DNA from: Bdellovibrionales bacterium
Lineage (GTDB): Bacteria > Bdellovibrionota > Bdellovibrionia > Bdellovibrionales > JAGQZY01
Length of the DNA stretch: 64,000 bases
Reading direction: 5' to 3'
NCBI GenBank assembly: GCA_964230645.1
Contig: CAXRHT010000002.1
Location: 1,088,001-1,152,000 of the forward strand
Positions 1 to 10,761 of this stretch are shown one piece after another. Each line of letters opens with the position of its first letter. Position 1 is the stretch's first letter. The translations under genes and the position numbers were made by a program. The notes below the pieces were generated by a model. That model was not told the origin of the DNA, made no database searches, and was given only the letters and a program-made list of their open reading frames with translations.

Positions 1-434
1 GCCCCTTCCTCCTTGCCTACAAAGTGCATAAAGGTCCTTACCATAAAATTGCTCCGGTCATCGATGAGGTGGAAAACTTTTTTGAAGAAAAGGGACTCCC
101 CTGCCCCTTAGCCTTTGGGAGATTTCTTCATGATCCCAACACTGTAGAACATGATCGTCTCGAAAGCCATGGAGGCTGCGCTTTCCCCGCTGAAACAGAA
201 CAGCTTAAAGAGCTTATCGCAAATGGGGATCTTAAAACGGATCGTCTTGAAAAGGAAGAGTACGTGGTCGCAGTCTTTAAAGGCTCGCCATCCATTGGTC
301 CCTTTGTCGTCTACCCCAAGGTCAAAGAATGGATGGCGAAATACGATTATAAAATCACGGGTCCCGTAATAGAGCTTTATCAAACCACGGGAGCTGATTC
401 TCTCACCACTCGCTACTTATTCCCCTACCTTTAA
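1..434 (+). CDS. GyrI-like small-molecule-binding domain protein (5' truncated at window edge)
   Basis: Frame is open from the window edge; HKGPYHKI, YPKVKEW and GPVIELY segments are typical of GyrI-like domains. Confidence 0.65.
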   Translation, partial: PFLLAYKVHKGPYHKIAPVIDEVENFFEEKGLPCPLAFGRFLHDPNTVEHDRLESHGGCAFPAETEQLKELIANGDLKTDRLEKEEYVVAVFKGSPSIGPFVVYPKVKEWMAKYDYKITGPVIELYQTTGADSLTTRYLFPYL

Positions 435-541
435 ATCTCAATACTCTGTTTTTAATAATTTCAAAATGATATTGGGAACACCCCTGTCTGGAATATCATC
501 GAATTATAGGAGATAATTAAAAGAACACAGGGGAGCGGTAT

Positions 542-1429
542 ATGAGGACCAAGGGTTTTACACTTGTTGAAGTTGTCGTGGTAATGGGGCTTCTCGGTAT
601 TGTTACACTTCTAAGCTTCACCGTTATTTCAAACACGCTGAAATCCACTAATTTTTCAGAAGATCGATTGTCGAAAGTGCTTTTTACTCAGTCAGTACAG
701 TCCGTTTTGGCGGATTACCAAGCTTGTCGAAACACTCTCAATGGAGTTAATGTTGGGGCTCTGGGCTCCGATCAAAATTTAAATGCCCTCCGCGATAAGC
801 TCAACAATATTGTCTACTCAACGTCGGGAGCCTCAGATTCTTTTGAAAATCTCAACATTGAACGCATTCGACTGGTAAACCGTGACATCAATGCCGGCTC
901 TCAATTTGGGCGAGTCAGTCTTTTTTTTCATGTCGAAAGAGAGCGTAAAGGGGGAGGGCCCGCTCAATTTGTAACAGATCCTATTGATATACGAGTCGTG
1001 CTGAATCCTGCGACTAATACTATCAACGGATGTGCCACCTTGGGCAATGCTGGTGGCCCCTCTCAGATATTAAAGTTTTCAGAAGTTGGCCCGACGGTTA
1101 TTTCTGGCTTTTCAGAAACCGATATTATGACCTTCTCACTTGATAGAATTGCCGCTCCGTCTGAGATTCACTTGTCGGTTCACCTGGGGGGTACCGATAT
1201 CGTTTGGACGACCTTTCGCCTTTACCGAGGCACAACTCTCATTGCAAGTTGGACGGACGGTACGTCCCATTCTCTTGGCGCAGCAATAAGAACGACCTAC
1301 GATCAATACAATACGTCCTTTGCCTCTGGGACCCAAAACTATCGTTTAACAGCTGAAAGGCTTTCTCACCCCTCTTACGGAACAGCACCTATGCATGTGG
1401 GAGGAAGAACTGTTATTTTTAAACAGTGA
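542..1429 (+). CDS. Type IV pilin-like protein with class III signal peptide
   Basis: N-terminus KG|FTLVEVVVVMGLLG (G-1/F+1/E+5); GGGAG RBS upstream. Confidence 0.8.
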   Translation: MRTKGFTLVEVVVVMGLLGIVTLLSFTVISNTLKSTNFSEDRLSKVLFTQSVQSVLADYQACRNTLNGVNVGALGSDQNLNALRDKLNNIVYSTSGASDSFENLNIERIRLVNRDINAGSQFGRVSLFFHVERERKGGGPAQFVTDPIDIRVVLNPATNTINGCATLGNAGGPSQILKFSEVGPTVISGFSETDIMTFSLDRIAAPSEIHLSVHLGGTDIVWTTFRLYRGTTLIASWTDGTSHSLGAAIRTTYDQYNTSFASGTQNYRLTAERLSHPSYGTAPMHVGGRTVIFKQ

Positions 1430-1459
1430 TTGAAATCTATTAAAACACTCCAAGCACCT

Positions 1460-2101
1460 TCATGGTCCGGTTGGAAGCGCTCCGAGACGAACCACTTGCA
1501 CACCAATGGCAGTATTAAGATTACATGTCGTCTCCCCTTCGGGGCACATTACTAAACGGAAACATGCATCTGCAGGTGTATTGCAGCGGCGCCAATGATT
1601 CGTTGAGGTGTCGGGAACAGTGATATTCACTCTTTTTTCTCCTGCCTGCATCGTAGGAAGTGTTGAACTCGGCAGAGCCGTTATTGGACTTGTCGTAGGA
1701 GCGGTGCCGTAATGAGTCCAGTCAAGATGGTTGGGATTCGATGAAGCACAAAAGGTTTTTTGGTCCGTTCCCTTTCCCACATCAACGCAAAGCCCTTGCG
1801 AGGAATTGATACAAAGAGTGTGACCATCAATGGTCACCGGGCTAAAACCAGCGCCATGACTGCAAGTGGGATCTAAGCGAGCAAGTACCCAAGCTCGTTT
1901 AATTTTTTGTCCTAGCAAAGCCTGCATGGATGATTTGATCGCCTCCATATGTTGCCGTCTTGCTCTTAATTTGTGAGCGGATATGAAAACAGTGGAGAGC
2001 TGTAAAATAACAAGAGCCGCAACAGAGACAACTCCAAAGGCAATTAATAAACTCATCATGCCTTTTTCATTTCCTAAAGTTTTTTTAAAAAGCAAACTCA
2101 T
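1460..2101 (-). CDS. Minor pilin/PilX-like protein, Cys-rich
   Basis: Start reassigned to ATG 2101 (ATGA overlap with upstream stop); NEKG|MMSLLIAF followed by a hydrophobic helix, no E5. Confidence 0.6.
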   Translation of the reverse strand: MSLLFKKTLGNEKGMMSLLIAFGVVSVAALVILQLSTVFISAHKLRARRQHMEAIKSSMQALLGQKIKRAWVLARLDPTCSHGAGFSPVTIDGHTLCINSSQGLCVDVGKGTDQKTFCASSNPNHLDWTHYGTAPTTSPITALPSSTLPTMQAGEKRVNITVPDTSTNHWRRCNTPADACFRLVMCPEGETTCNLNTAIGVQVVRLGALPTGP

Positions 2102-2904
2102 GAGCCTTCCCCCACCTGGAAAAAATAGATATCTCCGTAAAGGGACTCTCCCTGCCCAAAACCATTGGTGATGGCATTGTTGGCCATGGGAATAAACAAA
2201 TGCTGAGTGGTATCGACATAGCGAGCACCGGTTTGGCAAGCGGCATTCCCTAACTGTGATGCCGGACAGTAATGCCACTGTGTTTTGATCGTTGTTAAAA
2301 AGCGTCTGGTGACAACGCGGACATGGGCCATTCGAACAGGAGCTCCAGAATTGGATAAGGAAGAGCCCGGCTTAATTTCAAGCTCCACTATGGAGTCGTA
2401 AACCACATCCGGATCGTGAGAACTAATGGTAACTGGTCCGAATCCAGGAGAGGAAGAAGAAATAACCAATTGACCGGACTGTTGGATACTTGGATTTTTA
2501 AAGTAGAGTCCTGTGGCACGAATATCACTAGTGGGATTGGCGGGGTCTGGCGCTCCGGCCTCTCTTAAAAAAGCTCCCAACGTGATATATTGGGAGTTTG
2601 TATTGCTATTAACAAAACCAGAGTTGAAATCTCTTAGGAGACCGGGATTATTTCCAATATTAGTAATGGGGGAAGTGGTCCAATTCACGCGTAAGGCTCT
2701 TCCTAAATAACTATTGAGTGAAAAAGCCAAAGACTGCTCTTCATTCCACTTTTCAGCGGTGTCTTGCGCAACCACACTCGCACGAGTGATATCCAGAAGA
2801 CCTTTTCCAGCCATCATCACAACAATTCCGCTGACAGCTAAAGCCACTACGATTTCCGTAAGAGAAAAACCTTTATTAGACTTTAGAGTTTTATTAAGGG
2901 TCAT
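2098..2904 (-). CDS. Type IV minor pilin-like protein (PilW-like)
   Basis: Start reassigned to ATG 2904 (or 2910); SNKG|FSLTEIVVALAV prepilin motif. Confidence 0.75.
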   Translation of the reverse strand: MTLNKTLKSNKGFSLTEIVVALAVSGIVVMMAGKGLLDITRASVVAQDTAEKWNEEQSLAFSLNSYLGRALRVNWTTSPITNIGNNPGLLRDFNSGFVNSNTNSQYITLGAFLREAGAPDPANPTSDIRATGLYFKNPSIQQSGQLVISSSSPGFGPVTISSHDPDVVYDSIVELEIKPGSSLSNSGAPVRMAHVRVVTRRFLTTIKTQWHYCPASQLGNAACQTGARYVDTTQHLFIPMANNAITNGFGQGESLYGDIYFFQVGEGS

Positions 2905-4645
2905 CCCCATCATCATCCTCTGCTTCTTCTGCGGCTTCAAGTGCTGCTTGCGCTGCTTCAAGGGCGGCTTGTGCTGCATCAAGTGCGGCTTGGGCTTCTG
3001 CCGCGGTATCTGCGGCCGCTTTGGATGCAACTTCTCCAACGGCCCCCATACTAGACATTGAGCCAGCCGCCGTCTGTGCAGCACCGGCTGCTGATACAGC
3101 GGCTTGAGCCGAAGAAACAGCGGCTTGAGCTGAGGCAACAGCTGCCGAAGCAGAACTCACAGTATTACCAGGAGGACCTAAACCACCCACGGCTGACTGA
3201 GCGGCCCCGAGGGCACTTTGGGCATTATTCATCGCGCCTGAGAAACTATTCATTTTGGCATCATTCACAGGCGTGACATCATAACTAAGAGCATTGATGG
3301 ACTGACCGGTCATAGAGGCTGCTTTTTGAGCCGCGGAGTAAGAGCTAAACTCCACCCCTCCCACTTCGTAACCATTGCCGTTATCATCGTTACTTCCATC
3401 AGGATCTATATTTTGAGTGGGACCGCCACCCGTAACGTTGTTCATCACCGTTTTATTAGAGAGGTTTCCCACTCCGTCAAAAACCACAGCATGAACAGTC
3501 AGACGACAGTCTGACTTTAAACTCCGATTGATTGTCATGGTGATCGATCCTAAGTCCTCATCAATATCCACGGAGTTAGGAGTTTCCCCACAAATTCTCA
3601 TAGTGTCACAAGGTCCCCAGTCCCTATTTCCGTTGGAATAGGTTAGTACCCGCTTGGCCGACGGGCTATAGTATCCCGATTCGTATTTACAACTAAGGAA
3701 GGAACCCGAGCGAAGACTTGGAATCTCTATAACCACCCCTCCTGAATTAATTGTTACATCGGGAGGGTCAATAGTGTCGTCACGAAAATCGTATTGGAAT
3801 TTTTCAACCACCGAACACTGGGGTCCACTGCCAGACTCCTCTTGTTGCTGCTCTTCTTCGAGGTTACCTTTATTAGAAACCTGACCAAATATTTCTACTT
3901 CAAAACCAATATCGGCATCATAGTTAGAGAAATCAGCAAATCCAAAAGCGTGAGCTTCAGGCGGTTCAGTATTAGCGTAAGGTCTGACATTAATGGGAGA
4001 ACTACAGGGAAGAATGGCTCCCGTTTTAAAATCAAATGGTCGAATTCGAATCGATCCATTGACTTCAAAACCCTCCTCTTCAAAATCATCCATGTTTTCA
4101 TCATGAACGAGATTGTAAAGAGGTCCTCCCTTATAAATCATCATTCCATATTGCGCTCCACAAACCTGTGAGGTGTAGGCATTGTAAATAGTAGAAATAA
4201 GATTCATAGAACTGAAGATAAGTCTTGGAGAATGAGCGATATATTTGTTGGTACCACTATTCCAGGCCATGACTTTTTTGCCAGGCCATCTTTGAGAAAC
4301 AAGAGCGTCGGGAGTTCCTTGCTCGGCTCGTACCCCCCCATCATTGAGGCCTTCAAACTGTTTTTTATCACTCAACCACTGAACATTGCTAAAATAAACA
4401 CTACTGTGTCGAATCGGAGCGCGGTAGACTTTCGTCTGGATACCATTGGCTCTAATGCGATTCATCACACTGGAAGCAAAGTTATTGCAGGTGTTTGGTT
4501 TTTCGAACTGTTGTTTTTGTCCTTTCATTTGGGTGGTTATTGCTGGCATTGCGATTAGAAAAACGCTGAGCAATAGAAAACTCGAAATTAAAACAACGAC
4601 AAGGGTCTCCCCTTTATTATTTTTTAATAGATTTAATGTCCCCAT
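2894..4645 (-). CDS. Large pilin-like protein with Ala-rich heptad C-terminal tail
   Basis: NNKG|ETLVVVLI followed by a hydrophobic helix; C-terminal AAQAALE repeats and acidic end. Confidence 0.6.
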   Translation of the reverse strand: MGTLNLLKNNKGETLVVVLISSFLLLSVFLIAMPAITTQMKGQKQQFEKPNTCNNFASSVMNRIRANGIQTKVYRAPIRHSSVYFSNVQWLSDKKQFEGLNDGGVRAEQGTPDALVSQRWPGKKVMAWNSGTNKYIAHSPRLIFSSMNLISTIYNAYTSQVCGAQYGMMIYKGGPLYNLVHDENMDDFEEEGFEVNGSIRIRPFDFKTGAILPCSSPINVRPYANTEPPEAHAFGFADFSNYDADIGFEVEIFGQVSNKGNLEEEQQQEESGSGPQCSVVEKFQYDFRDDTIDPPDVTINSGGVVIEIPSLRSGSFLSCKYESGYYSPSAKRVLTYSNGNRDWGPCDTMRICGETPNSVDIDEDLGSITMTINRSLKSDCRLTVHAVVFDGVGNLSNKTVMNNVTGGGPTQNIDPDGSNDDNGNGYEVGGVEFSSYSAAQKAASMTGQSINALSYDVTPVNDAKMNSFSGAMNNAQSALGAAQSAVGGLGPPGNTVSSASAAVASAQAAVSSAQAAVSAAGAAQTAAGSMSSMGAVGEVASKAAADTAAEAQAALDAAQAALEAAQAALEAAEEAEDDDGDDP

Positions 4646-4753
4646 AGATTATCCCATTTGCTTTATGTTACCATAGGGACTGAACACATATAAGGAAAGC
4701 CATTTGAATTCGTTCCAAAATGAAACAAATGGTATTACTTTTCTGGAGAATCT

Positions 4754-5149
4754 ATGAACAAAAGGCCTTACCTTCACAAAAGAAGCTTACTTGTTGATCG
4801 CAATGTCCAAATTCCAATTCTCGTATACTCCATTGCCGTTTCCACACTGGGCGTAACATTAGCGGCTGCATTTGCCGTCTATGGAGCCCACCTCATCAAT
4901 TTCAGAGTGGACTTTACTTCTTCTCTGATTTTTGTAGTCGGTTGCGCCTTCTTTTGTTACTCGATCATGATGATCGCAGGGCTTTATCTTACCAATAAAA
5001 TCGCTGGCCCCATTTATCGAATGCATATGCATATGAAAGATGTTTGCGACGGCAAAGATCCTGAGCCCTTAACGACAAGAGACGACGACTTTGTCAATAA
5101 AGACCTTATTAACCAATATAACCTTCTGGTGAAAAAACTTAAGAATTAG
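4754..5149 (+). CDS. Two-TM membrane protein with HAMP-like C-terminus
   Basis: Two hydrophobic segments, then TNKIAGPIYRM...TRDDD. Confidence 0.55.
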   Translation: MNKRPYLHKRSLLVDRNVQIPILVYSIAVSTLGVTLAAAFAVYGAHLINFRVDFTSSLIFVVGCAFFCYSIMMIAGLYLTNKIAGPIYRMHMHMKDVCDGKDPEPLTTRDDDFVNKDLINQYNLLVKKLKN

Positions 5150-5200
5150 AAAAATTTTGGGGAAAATCAAAATTAAGTAGAGAGTCCCCACAAAAAACTC

Positions 5201-5248
5201 AAAAAAAAAAGCACTGTCATCAATTGGACCCCCAAAAACAACAGTGCT
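5201..5248 (-). terminator. Probable intrinsic terminator after aconitase
   Basis: AGCACTGT...ACAGTGCT stem next to an A10 run (U-tract on the minus strand). Confidence 0.6.
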
Positions 5249-5282
5249 CTATTTGCTTCAATTAAAAAGTTAGCCCTCTGGA

Positions 5283-7547
5283 CTACCCTTCTTTTCTTAG
5301 AAGGTTCAAGGCCGAACCGGCTTCAAACCACTTGATTTGCTCTTTATTATAAGTGTGTTTTAGCTCGGCGGTGTCTTTGCTGCCATCTTTATGAGTGATC
5401 TCAAGCTGAAGATTCTTGCCGGGCTCAAAAGACTTTAATCCTTTGATAGCCACACGATCTTCCTCTTGAATTTTGTCATAGTCTGCGGGATTAGCAAAAG
5501 TCAGAGCGAGAACCCCTTGTTTTTTAAGGTTTGTTTCATGAATCCTTGCAAAGCTTCTTACAACAACAGCACGGGCTCCAAGAAAACGTGGAGTCATGGC
5601 AGCGTGTTCACGGCTTGAACCTTCTCCGTAGTTTTCATCACCAACGATAATCCAATCTTGTCCTTTGGATTTGTAATCGCGGCCAATTTTAGAAAACTCT
5701 TTAGAAGTTTCGCCAGTTAGTACATTTTTACCCATTCCGGATTCACCGGTGAATGCGTTTTCTGCTGTGATCAACATATTGTCTGAAATATTATCGAGGT
5801 GTCCTCGAAACTTAAGCCACTTACCGGCGGGACTAATATGATCCGTCGTACATTTACCTTTGGCTTTGGCTAGAACAACCATGTCTGTGAGATCTTCTCC
5901 TTCCCAAGCTTTAAACGGCTCAAGAATTTGTAGACGATTAGATCCTTCTTTAACTTTGACATCCACATCAGACCCTTGTGGCTCTTGATAACCTTCAAGG
6001 TCAGCCACAAAGCCTTGCTCGGGATACTCAGGCGCCTCGGGGGCTTTGAGTTTAATTTTTCCTGAAGGAGTATCAAGCTCATCCGTGGCAGGGTTGAAAT
6101 CCAACCTTCCCGCTAAGCCCAAGGCCATGACGGTTTCAGGACTTCCAATAAAAGAAAGTGTTTCTGGATTGGCGTCGTTTCTTCCTTTAAAGTTTCTATT
6201 GAAACTTGTGACGATCGTATTTTTCTCACCTTTTTTGAAGTCGTCTCTGCGCCATTGCCCGATACAAGGACCACAGGCATTGGCCAAAACAGTGGCGCCC
6301 ACATCGTTAAGAGTTTCCATTTGGCCATCACGCTCGATCGTGTTTTGAATCATATTCGATCCTGGAGAGACCATAAAAGTTTGTGGCATCTTTTTAACCC
6401 CGGCGGACTTTGCTTGTTCTGCGACATCAGCCGCTCTTCCGATATCTTCGTATGAGGAGTTAGTGCAAGAACCGATAAGGGCCGCGGAAAGATCAGTGGG
6501 CCAGCCCTCTTTTTTCGCTGTTTCTGCGAGTTCTGAAAGCGGATGCGCTAAATCGGGCGTATGAGGCCCAACTAAATGAGGTTCCAATTTATCAAGATCA
6601 ATTTCAATGACTTGGTCGTAGTACTTCTCAGGGCTTGCAATCACTTCCGCATCGGCGTGAAGAAGATCTTTATTTTTATCTGCAATGGCTGCAAGTTCTG
6701 CGCGACTCGTAACCTCAAGATATTTTTTCATGCGCGAGTCATAAGGGAAAATAGAGCAAGTGGCTCCAAGTTCTGCTCCCATATTTGTAATGGTTCCTTT
6801 ACCTGTACAGCTAATCGACTCCGTTCCTTCTCCAAAGTACTCAACAATGCGGTCCGTTCCACCTTTTACACTTAAGATACCAAGAAGTTTTAAAATGACG
6901 TCTTTCGGAGAAGTCCAACCCTGTAGTTTTCCTTTTAAATGAACACCGATAAGTTGTGGGTTTTTCACTTCCCAAGGCATATCGGCCATAACATCAGAGG
7001 CATCTGCGCCCCCGACTCCCACTGCCACCATTCCTAAACCACCCGCATTGGGAGTGTGCGAGTCCGTACCGATCATTAGTCCACCAGGAAAAGCATAATT
7101 TTCAAGGACAACTTGGTGAATGATTCCAGCTCCTGGTTTCCAAAAGCCAATGCCATAGCGGCTAGAAGCTGTGGAAAGAAATTGGAAAACCTCATTGTTT
7201 TCCATCATCGAATTTTTCATATCTTCACTGGCCCCTTTGTAGGCTAAGATCAAGTGATCACAGTGAACGGTCGAAGGAACAGCCGCTTCTTCTTTTCCCG
7301 CCAACATAAACTGTAAAAGAGCCATTTGAGCTGTGGCGTCCTGCATAGCCACACGATCCGGGCGAAGCATAAGAAAACTTTTACCTCTTTCTAGTTCCTG
7401 GTTTTTAGGATCATCCAAGTGTCCGTAGAGAACTTTTTCGGCCAATGTGAGAGGTCTATTGATGCGCTCTTTAACAATTTTTAAGCGATCTCTGGTATTT
7501 TGATAAACCTTTTCAACTAGTTCTGGCGTGGTTTCAATAGTGGCCAT
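5283..7547 (-). CDS. Aconitate hydratase, mitochondrial-type
   Basis: [42 protein letters not shown] and [10 protein letters not shown] motifs. Confidence 0.95.
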   Translation of the reverse strand: MATIETTPELVEKVYQNTRDRLKIVKERINRPLTLAEKVLYGHLDDPKNQELERGKSFLMLRPDRVAMQDATAQMALLQFMLAGKEEAAVPSTVHCDHLILAYKGASEDMKNSMMENNEVFQFLSTASSRYGIGFWKPGAGIIHQVVLENYAFPGGLMIGTDSHTPNAGGLGMVAVGVGGADASDVMADMPWEVKNPQLIGVHLKGKLQGWTSPKDVILKLLGILSVKGGTDRIVEYFGEGTESISCTGKGTITNMGAELGATCSIFPYDSRMKKYLEVTSRAELAAIADKNKDLLHADAEVIASPEKYYDQVIEIDLDKLEPHLVGPHTPDLAHPLSELAETAKKEGWPTDLSAALIGSCTNSSYEDIGRAADVAEQAKSAGVKKMPQTFMVSPGSNMIQNTIERDGQMETLNDVGATVLANACGPCIGQWRRDDFKKGEKNTIVTSFNRNFKGRNDANPETLSFIGSPETVMALGLAGRLDFNPATDELDTPSGKIKLKAPEAPEYPEQGFVADLEGYQEPQGSDVDVKVKEGSNRLQILEPFKAWEGEDLTDMVVLAKAKGKCTTDHISPAGKWLKFRGHLDNISDNMLITAENAFTGESGMGKNVLTGETSKEFSKIGRDYKSKGQDWIIVGDENYGEGSSREHAAMTPRFLGARAVVVRSFARIHETNLKKQGVLALTFANPADYDKIQEEDRVAIKGLKSFEPGKNLQLEITHKDGSKDTAELKHTYNKEQIKWFEAGSALNLLRKEG

Positions 7548-7692
7548 TGGCGAATCTCCTTAGGGTTTAAAATTCGCTCAAGTCTATGACAAACAGAGCC
7601 TAAGAACCAGCTCTGGCGCAGCAAGTTGATAGCCAGATGAGAATCTCTGGCTCTGAATTATAAAGGTTTTAAAGAGAAGAGGACCTTCTCTC

Positions 7693-8853
7693 TTAGATGT
7701 AAACACCTTTTTTAATTTTATCCACAATGATCTTCTCACAAATTTGCGGATCTTGGGGATCAACCGAGTAAAGAGACTGCTGCTCGCAACGTCTTTTCTC
7801 TTTGATCAACCAGTTAAGGGTCTGAGCCACCTTCTTATTTTTCTTATCTTTAAAGAAGGGGTCATTTTTTAAGGCATCTTTGGCCTTTTTAAGAGAACGA
7901 GCCTCTTTAGCATCAGACTCTTTAACCTCATAGCAATGAAGGTCATATTTCTTGATGTCCTCAGGGAGCACTCCTAAGAACCTTACATCGGGCGCTGAGA
8001 AATCCTGGTTACGAATAAGGCTCGCTGCCGAACCGGCTTTCAATGTTCTATAAATATTCTGAAGGGTGTAAGCATCCAGATCTCCGAAAAAGAAAATGGG
8101 CACCTTCAATTGCGTCTGAATACTTTTCGTCCAAGCTCTTACAGCGTTGGAGGGAACACCTTGAGCACCCATCACGATACAATTATGACGCTTGGTCATT
8201 CCGTTGGCCACCAAGGTGTTGGCCGTACCTTCTGATTCCACCACAAGACAAAAATCAATTTTCTTTTTAGCTTTTAGTTTTAATGACTGCGGCCTGTTTT
8301 TAGGCTGGAAAGGACTTGTTCCCAGCATGCTCAAATCAATAGTTGCCGTGGTCTTATCAGGCATTGTTTCTGTGACCACAAGATGCTGAGAGTATGTCTG
8401 CCCTCCACGATCGTTGGCAAAGCAGTTCATCTCTTCCCGATAAACTTCCATGAGGTCACAAATGTAATCAATGATACCATCACTTTCAGACTGATCATCA
8501 AAATCGAGGGCTTTAAGCTCCTTGTTACTTTTCACCATACCTTTAGCAAGGTAGTAAATTTCACGTTTCGTGTTCACGTTACCAATATCAATATTACGCA
8601 GAAGGATTTCCATGAGGAAAGTCATTCGAGCCATCTTCTGTACTGAGGAAACGTTAAGTTCTGTTGAAACCCTTTTGTCACCAGGAGTTAGATAGCCCAC
8701 TTTTGGATTGTAAAAAGAGTTATCAAGAGCACATTTTACAGCCTGCAACTTGGGTCTTTTAGCAGACTCAAGATCTTTTAACATTTGGTTACAAATATCT
8801 TTGGCTTCTTTAGGAATATTCTTCGTTAATTTTCTCACTCGGATTAAAGACAC
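7693..8853 (-). CDS. top6A: DNA topoisomerase VI subunit A
   Basis: KREIYY catalytic Tyr motif; TOPRIM VVE...QGVP...DLD; directly downstream of top6B. Confidence 0.9.
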   Translation of the reverse strand: MSLIRVRKLTKNIPKEAKDICNQMLKDLESAKRPKLQAVKCALDNSFYNPKVGYLTPGDKRVSTELNVSSVQKMARMTFLMEILLRNIDIGNVNTKREIYYLAKGMVKSNKELKALDFDDQSESDGIIDYICDLMEVYREEMNCFANDRGGQTYSQHLVVTETMPDKTTATIDLSMLGTSPFQPKNRPQSLKLKAKKKIDFCLVVESEGTANTLVANGMTKRHNCIVMGAQGVPSNAVRAWTKSIQTQLKVPIFFFGDLDAYTLQNIYRTLKAGSAASLIRNQDFSAPDVRFLGVLPEDIKKYDLHCYEVKESDAKEARSLKKAKDALKNDPFFKDKKNKKVAQTLNWLIKEKRRCEQQSLYSVDPQDPQICEKIIVDKIKKGVYI

Positions 8854-8865
8854 AGTGGATCTCCT

Positions 8866-10761
8866 CTACTTCTTTCTGGCTTTTTTCTTTTTGCTCGCTT
8901 TTTTCTTGGTGACCTTTTTCTTAGTGGTCTTCTTACTGGCTTTCTTTTTAGCGGCTTTTTTCTTGGTTACTTTCTTTTTTGTTGTTTTCTTTTTAGAGGC
9001 TTTTTTCTTGGTGCCTTTTCCACTTTTTTTTTCAGCCTCGGCTGCCAATTCGGCTTCCGCCTCCTCAATGGCCTCTTTGGCTTCTTGTTCCTCTAAAATC
9101 TCCTCAGGATCTTTCCCCGTAAAGGTTCCAATCCCTCGCGCTTTCATTTTCTCTTTGAGTTTTTTCAAACGAACATCAGCCTCATCAAGATCCTCTTTGG
9201 CGGCTTTTGAATCACGACCGAGAATCTTTTCTAGTCCTTGAACGGCTTTCTTTTTTCTCGCCTCAGAGGCGTTGGTGATTCGAGCCAAGGTCTCAACAAG
9301 AATCGGTCCAAACTGCTCGATGTGTTTGATTTTTCTTTCAAGATCAGCCGCTTTGTTTTCTCTTTTAATATGGCGAGAAAGTTTTTGCCCGGCTCTCATC
9401 ACCGCTAAGCGTATTTCTTCGACAAGCTCATCGGAAGCATCGATAGTCTCTTTTGATGCGTTTTTAAATTTAATAAAGGGCGACACCACTGAAATTGCGA
9501 AAATATAGGGCCCGGAGGGAAGACTGTTTTTGGATTGGCTTAAACCATAAGAACGCCAATTAACAGATTCCACCGCTTTGGTGATCGCACAAGAGCCTTT
9601 ATCAAACTGCAGAGGCACACGGTTGGCAAATCGTAAAAGTTGAACCGAGGAGTCTTCCTGCCCACGATCTAAAAAACGAGCCAATGCCACTTCAATCACA
9701 ACAGGCTTATGATCACAAATTTTAGGTTTTCTGGTGACCACACTAAAAAAGTCCACCGCACCAATTCTTAAGATTGATTTGGAAAGAGACTCCTCACCCA
9801 CTGTTAGTACAGAACGAGTGGAAGGATTAGGAAGTTTCGTGTCCTGGATCGCCTGAAAGGCTTTTTTGTAATTAACGTCTTTAATCTGATTGAGATTTTT
9901 ATTTAGGAGTTCTTTAGGAAGTCCGTTTTTAACAAACTCTTTAATGGAGTTGTCAGTCACTCGAGAAAATCCCGTCTTTAAAAACTTCTTGAAAGTAATG
10001 TTTCCGTAAATCCCTGAGTGAGTGATAAATTCCCCAAGTTTCATGGTGTGAGGATGGGGAAGAGTGGCCGCTGGCACCTTAGGAATATCATCAGACACTC
10101 GGCCAATAGAGACTTCATCGTTATCAAGGAGTTTATAGGAGAGCTCAAGATGGGGGTTTAAAAGAGTGGTTCCCTCAAGGTATGTGAGAACCCCACCGTC
10201 CCCATTGAGCTGAACGCGACCATCAATCCGGAAGGAGACATGCGTTCCATGGGGCTTTTTCCACTCAACCGTTTGCTTATTTTTAAAAAGGCCTTTGTTC
10301 CCTTTAATATCAACATCGACCTGCCCCTGAATAGCCTTACGCATTTTTTTGGTTTTACTACGAACCACCACTCCGGCGGCGTTTGTAAGCTGAGCCCATG
10401 TGGTGGCGGCTGAAATACCGATACCCTGTTGCCCCCTAGAAGCTCGCCCTCTTCCAAATTTAGAAGAGGCCAAATACTCTCCAAAAACTTTGGTGAGATC
10501 CCCTTGCTCAAGACCGGGGCCGTTGTCTTCCACAGATATTTCAATGAGGTCAGTGTTTCTAGCACTGCCTTTCCCCACCTTCTTCACTTCCACATGAATA
10601 CTTGGGGCAATATTGGCCTCTTCACAGGCGTCGAGCGAGTTATCAATGGCCTCTTTAAGAGTGGTCAGCACAGCTTTAGTGGGTGAAGAAAACCCAACTT
10701 GCTGCAAGTTTTTAGCAAAATATTCCGCGGTACTACTGGAAGTAATTTTCGATTTAGCCAA
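8866..10761 (-). CDS. top6B: DNA topoisomerase VI subunit B with Lys-rich C-terminal tail
   Basis: GHKL motifs EAIDNSLDA, EDNGPG, SRGQQGIGIS; PHPH; RFANRVPL; W..YGL; TTG start. Confidence 0.93.
   Translation of the reverse strand: MAKSKITSSSTAEYFAKNLQQVGFSSPTKAVLTTLKEAIDNSLDACEEANIAPSIHVEVKKVGKGSARNTDLIEISVEDNGPGLEQGDLTKVFGEYLASSKFGRGRASRGQQGIGISAATTWAQLTNAAGVVVRSKTKKMRKAIQGQVDVDIKGNKGLFKNKQTVEWKKPHGTHVSFRIDGRVQLNGDGGVLTYLEGTTLLNPHLELSYKLLDNDEVSIGRVSDDIPKVPAATLPHPHTMKLGEFITHSGIYGNITFKKFLKTGFSRVTDNSIKEFVKNGLPKELLNKNLNQIKDVNYKKAFQAIQDTKLPNPSTRSVLTVGEESLSKSILRIGAVDFFSVVTRKPKICDHKPVVIEVALARFLDRGQEDSSVQLLRFANRVPLQFDKGSCAITKAVESVNWRSYGLSQSKNSLPSGPYIFAISVVSPFIKFKNASKETIDASDELVEEIRLAVMRAGQKLSRHIKRENKAADLERKIKHIEQFGPILVETLARITNASEARKKKAVQGLEKILGRDSKAAKEDLDEADVRLKKLKEKMKARGIGTFTGKDPEEILEEQEAKEAIEEAEAELAAEAEKKSGKGTKKKASKKKTTKKKVTKKKAAKKKASKKTTKKKVTKKKASKKKKARKK

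Noticed and set aside
466..499. ATGATATT-N18-AATATCAT inverted repeat
   Set aside because: Short, AT-rich and single copy; cannot be distinguished from chance or a weak terminator
2905..3138. N-terminal extension of the 346-aa ORF (likewise the extensions at 2102-2278, 35641, 39399 and 53915)
   Set aside because: These extensions overlap neighbouring genes or lack an RBS; downstream ATGs fit the family N-termini better
8750..9241. 163-aa Phe-rich plus-strand ORF
   Set aside because: Antisense shadow of the Lys-rich Top6B tail
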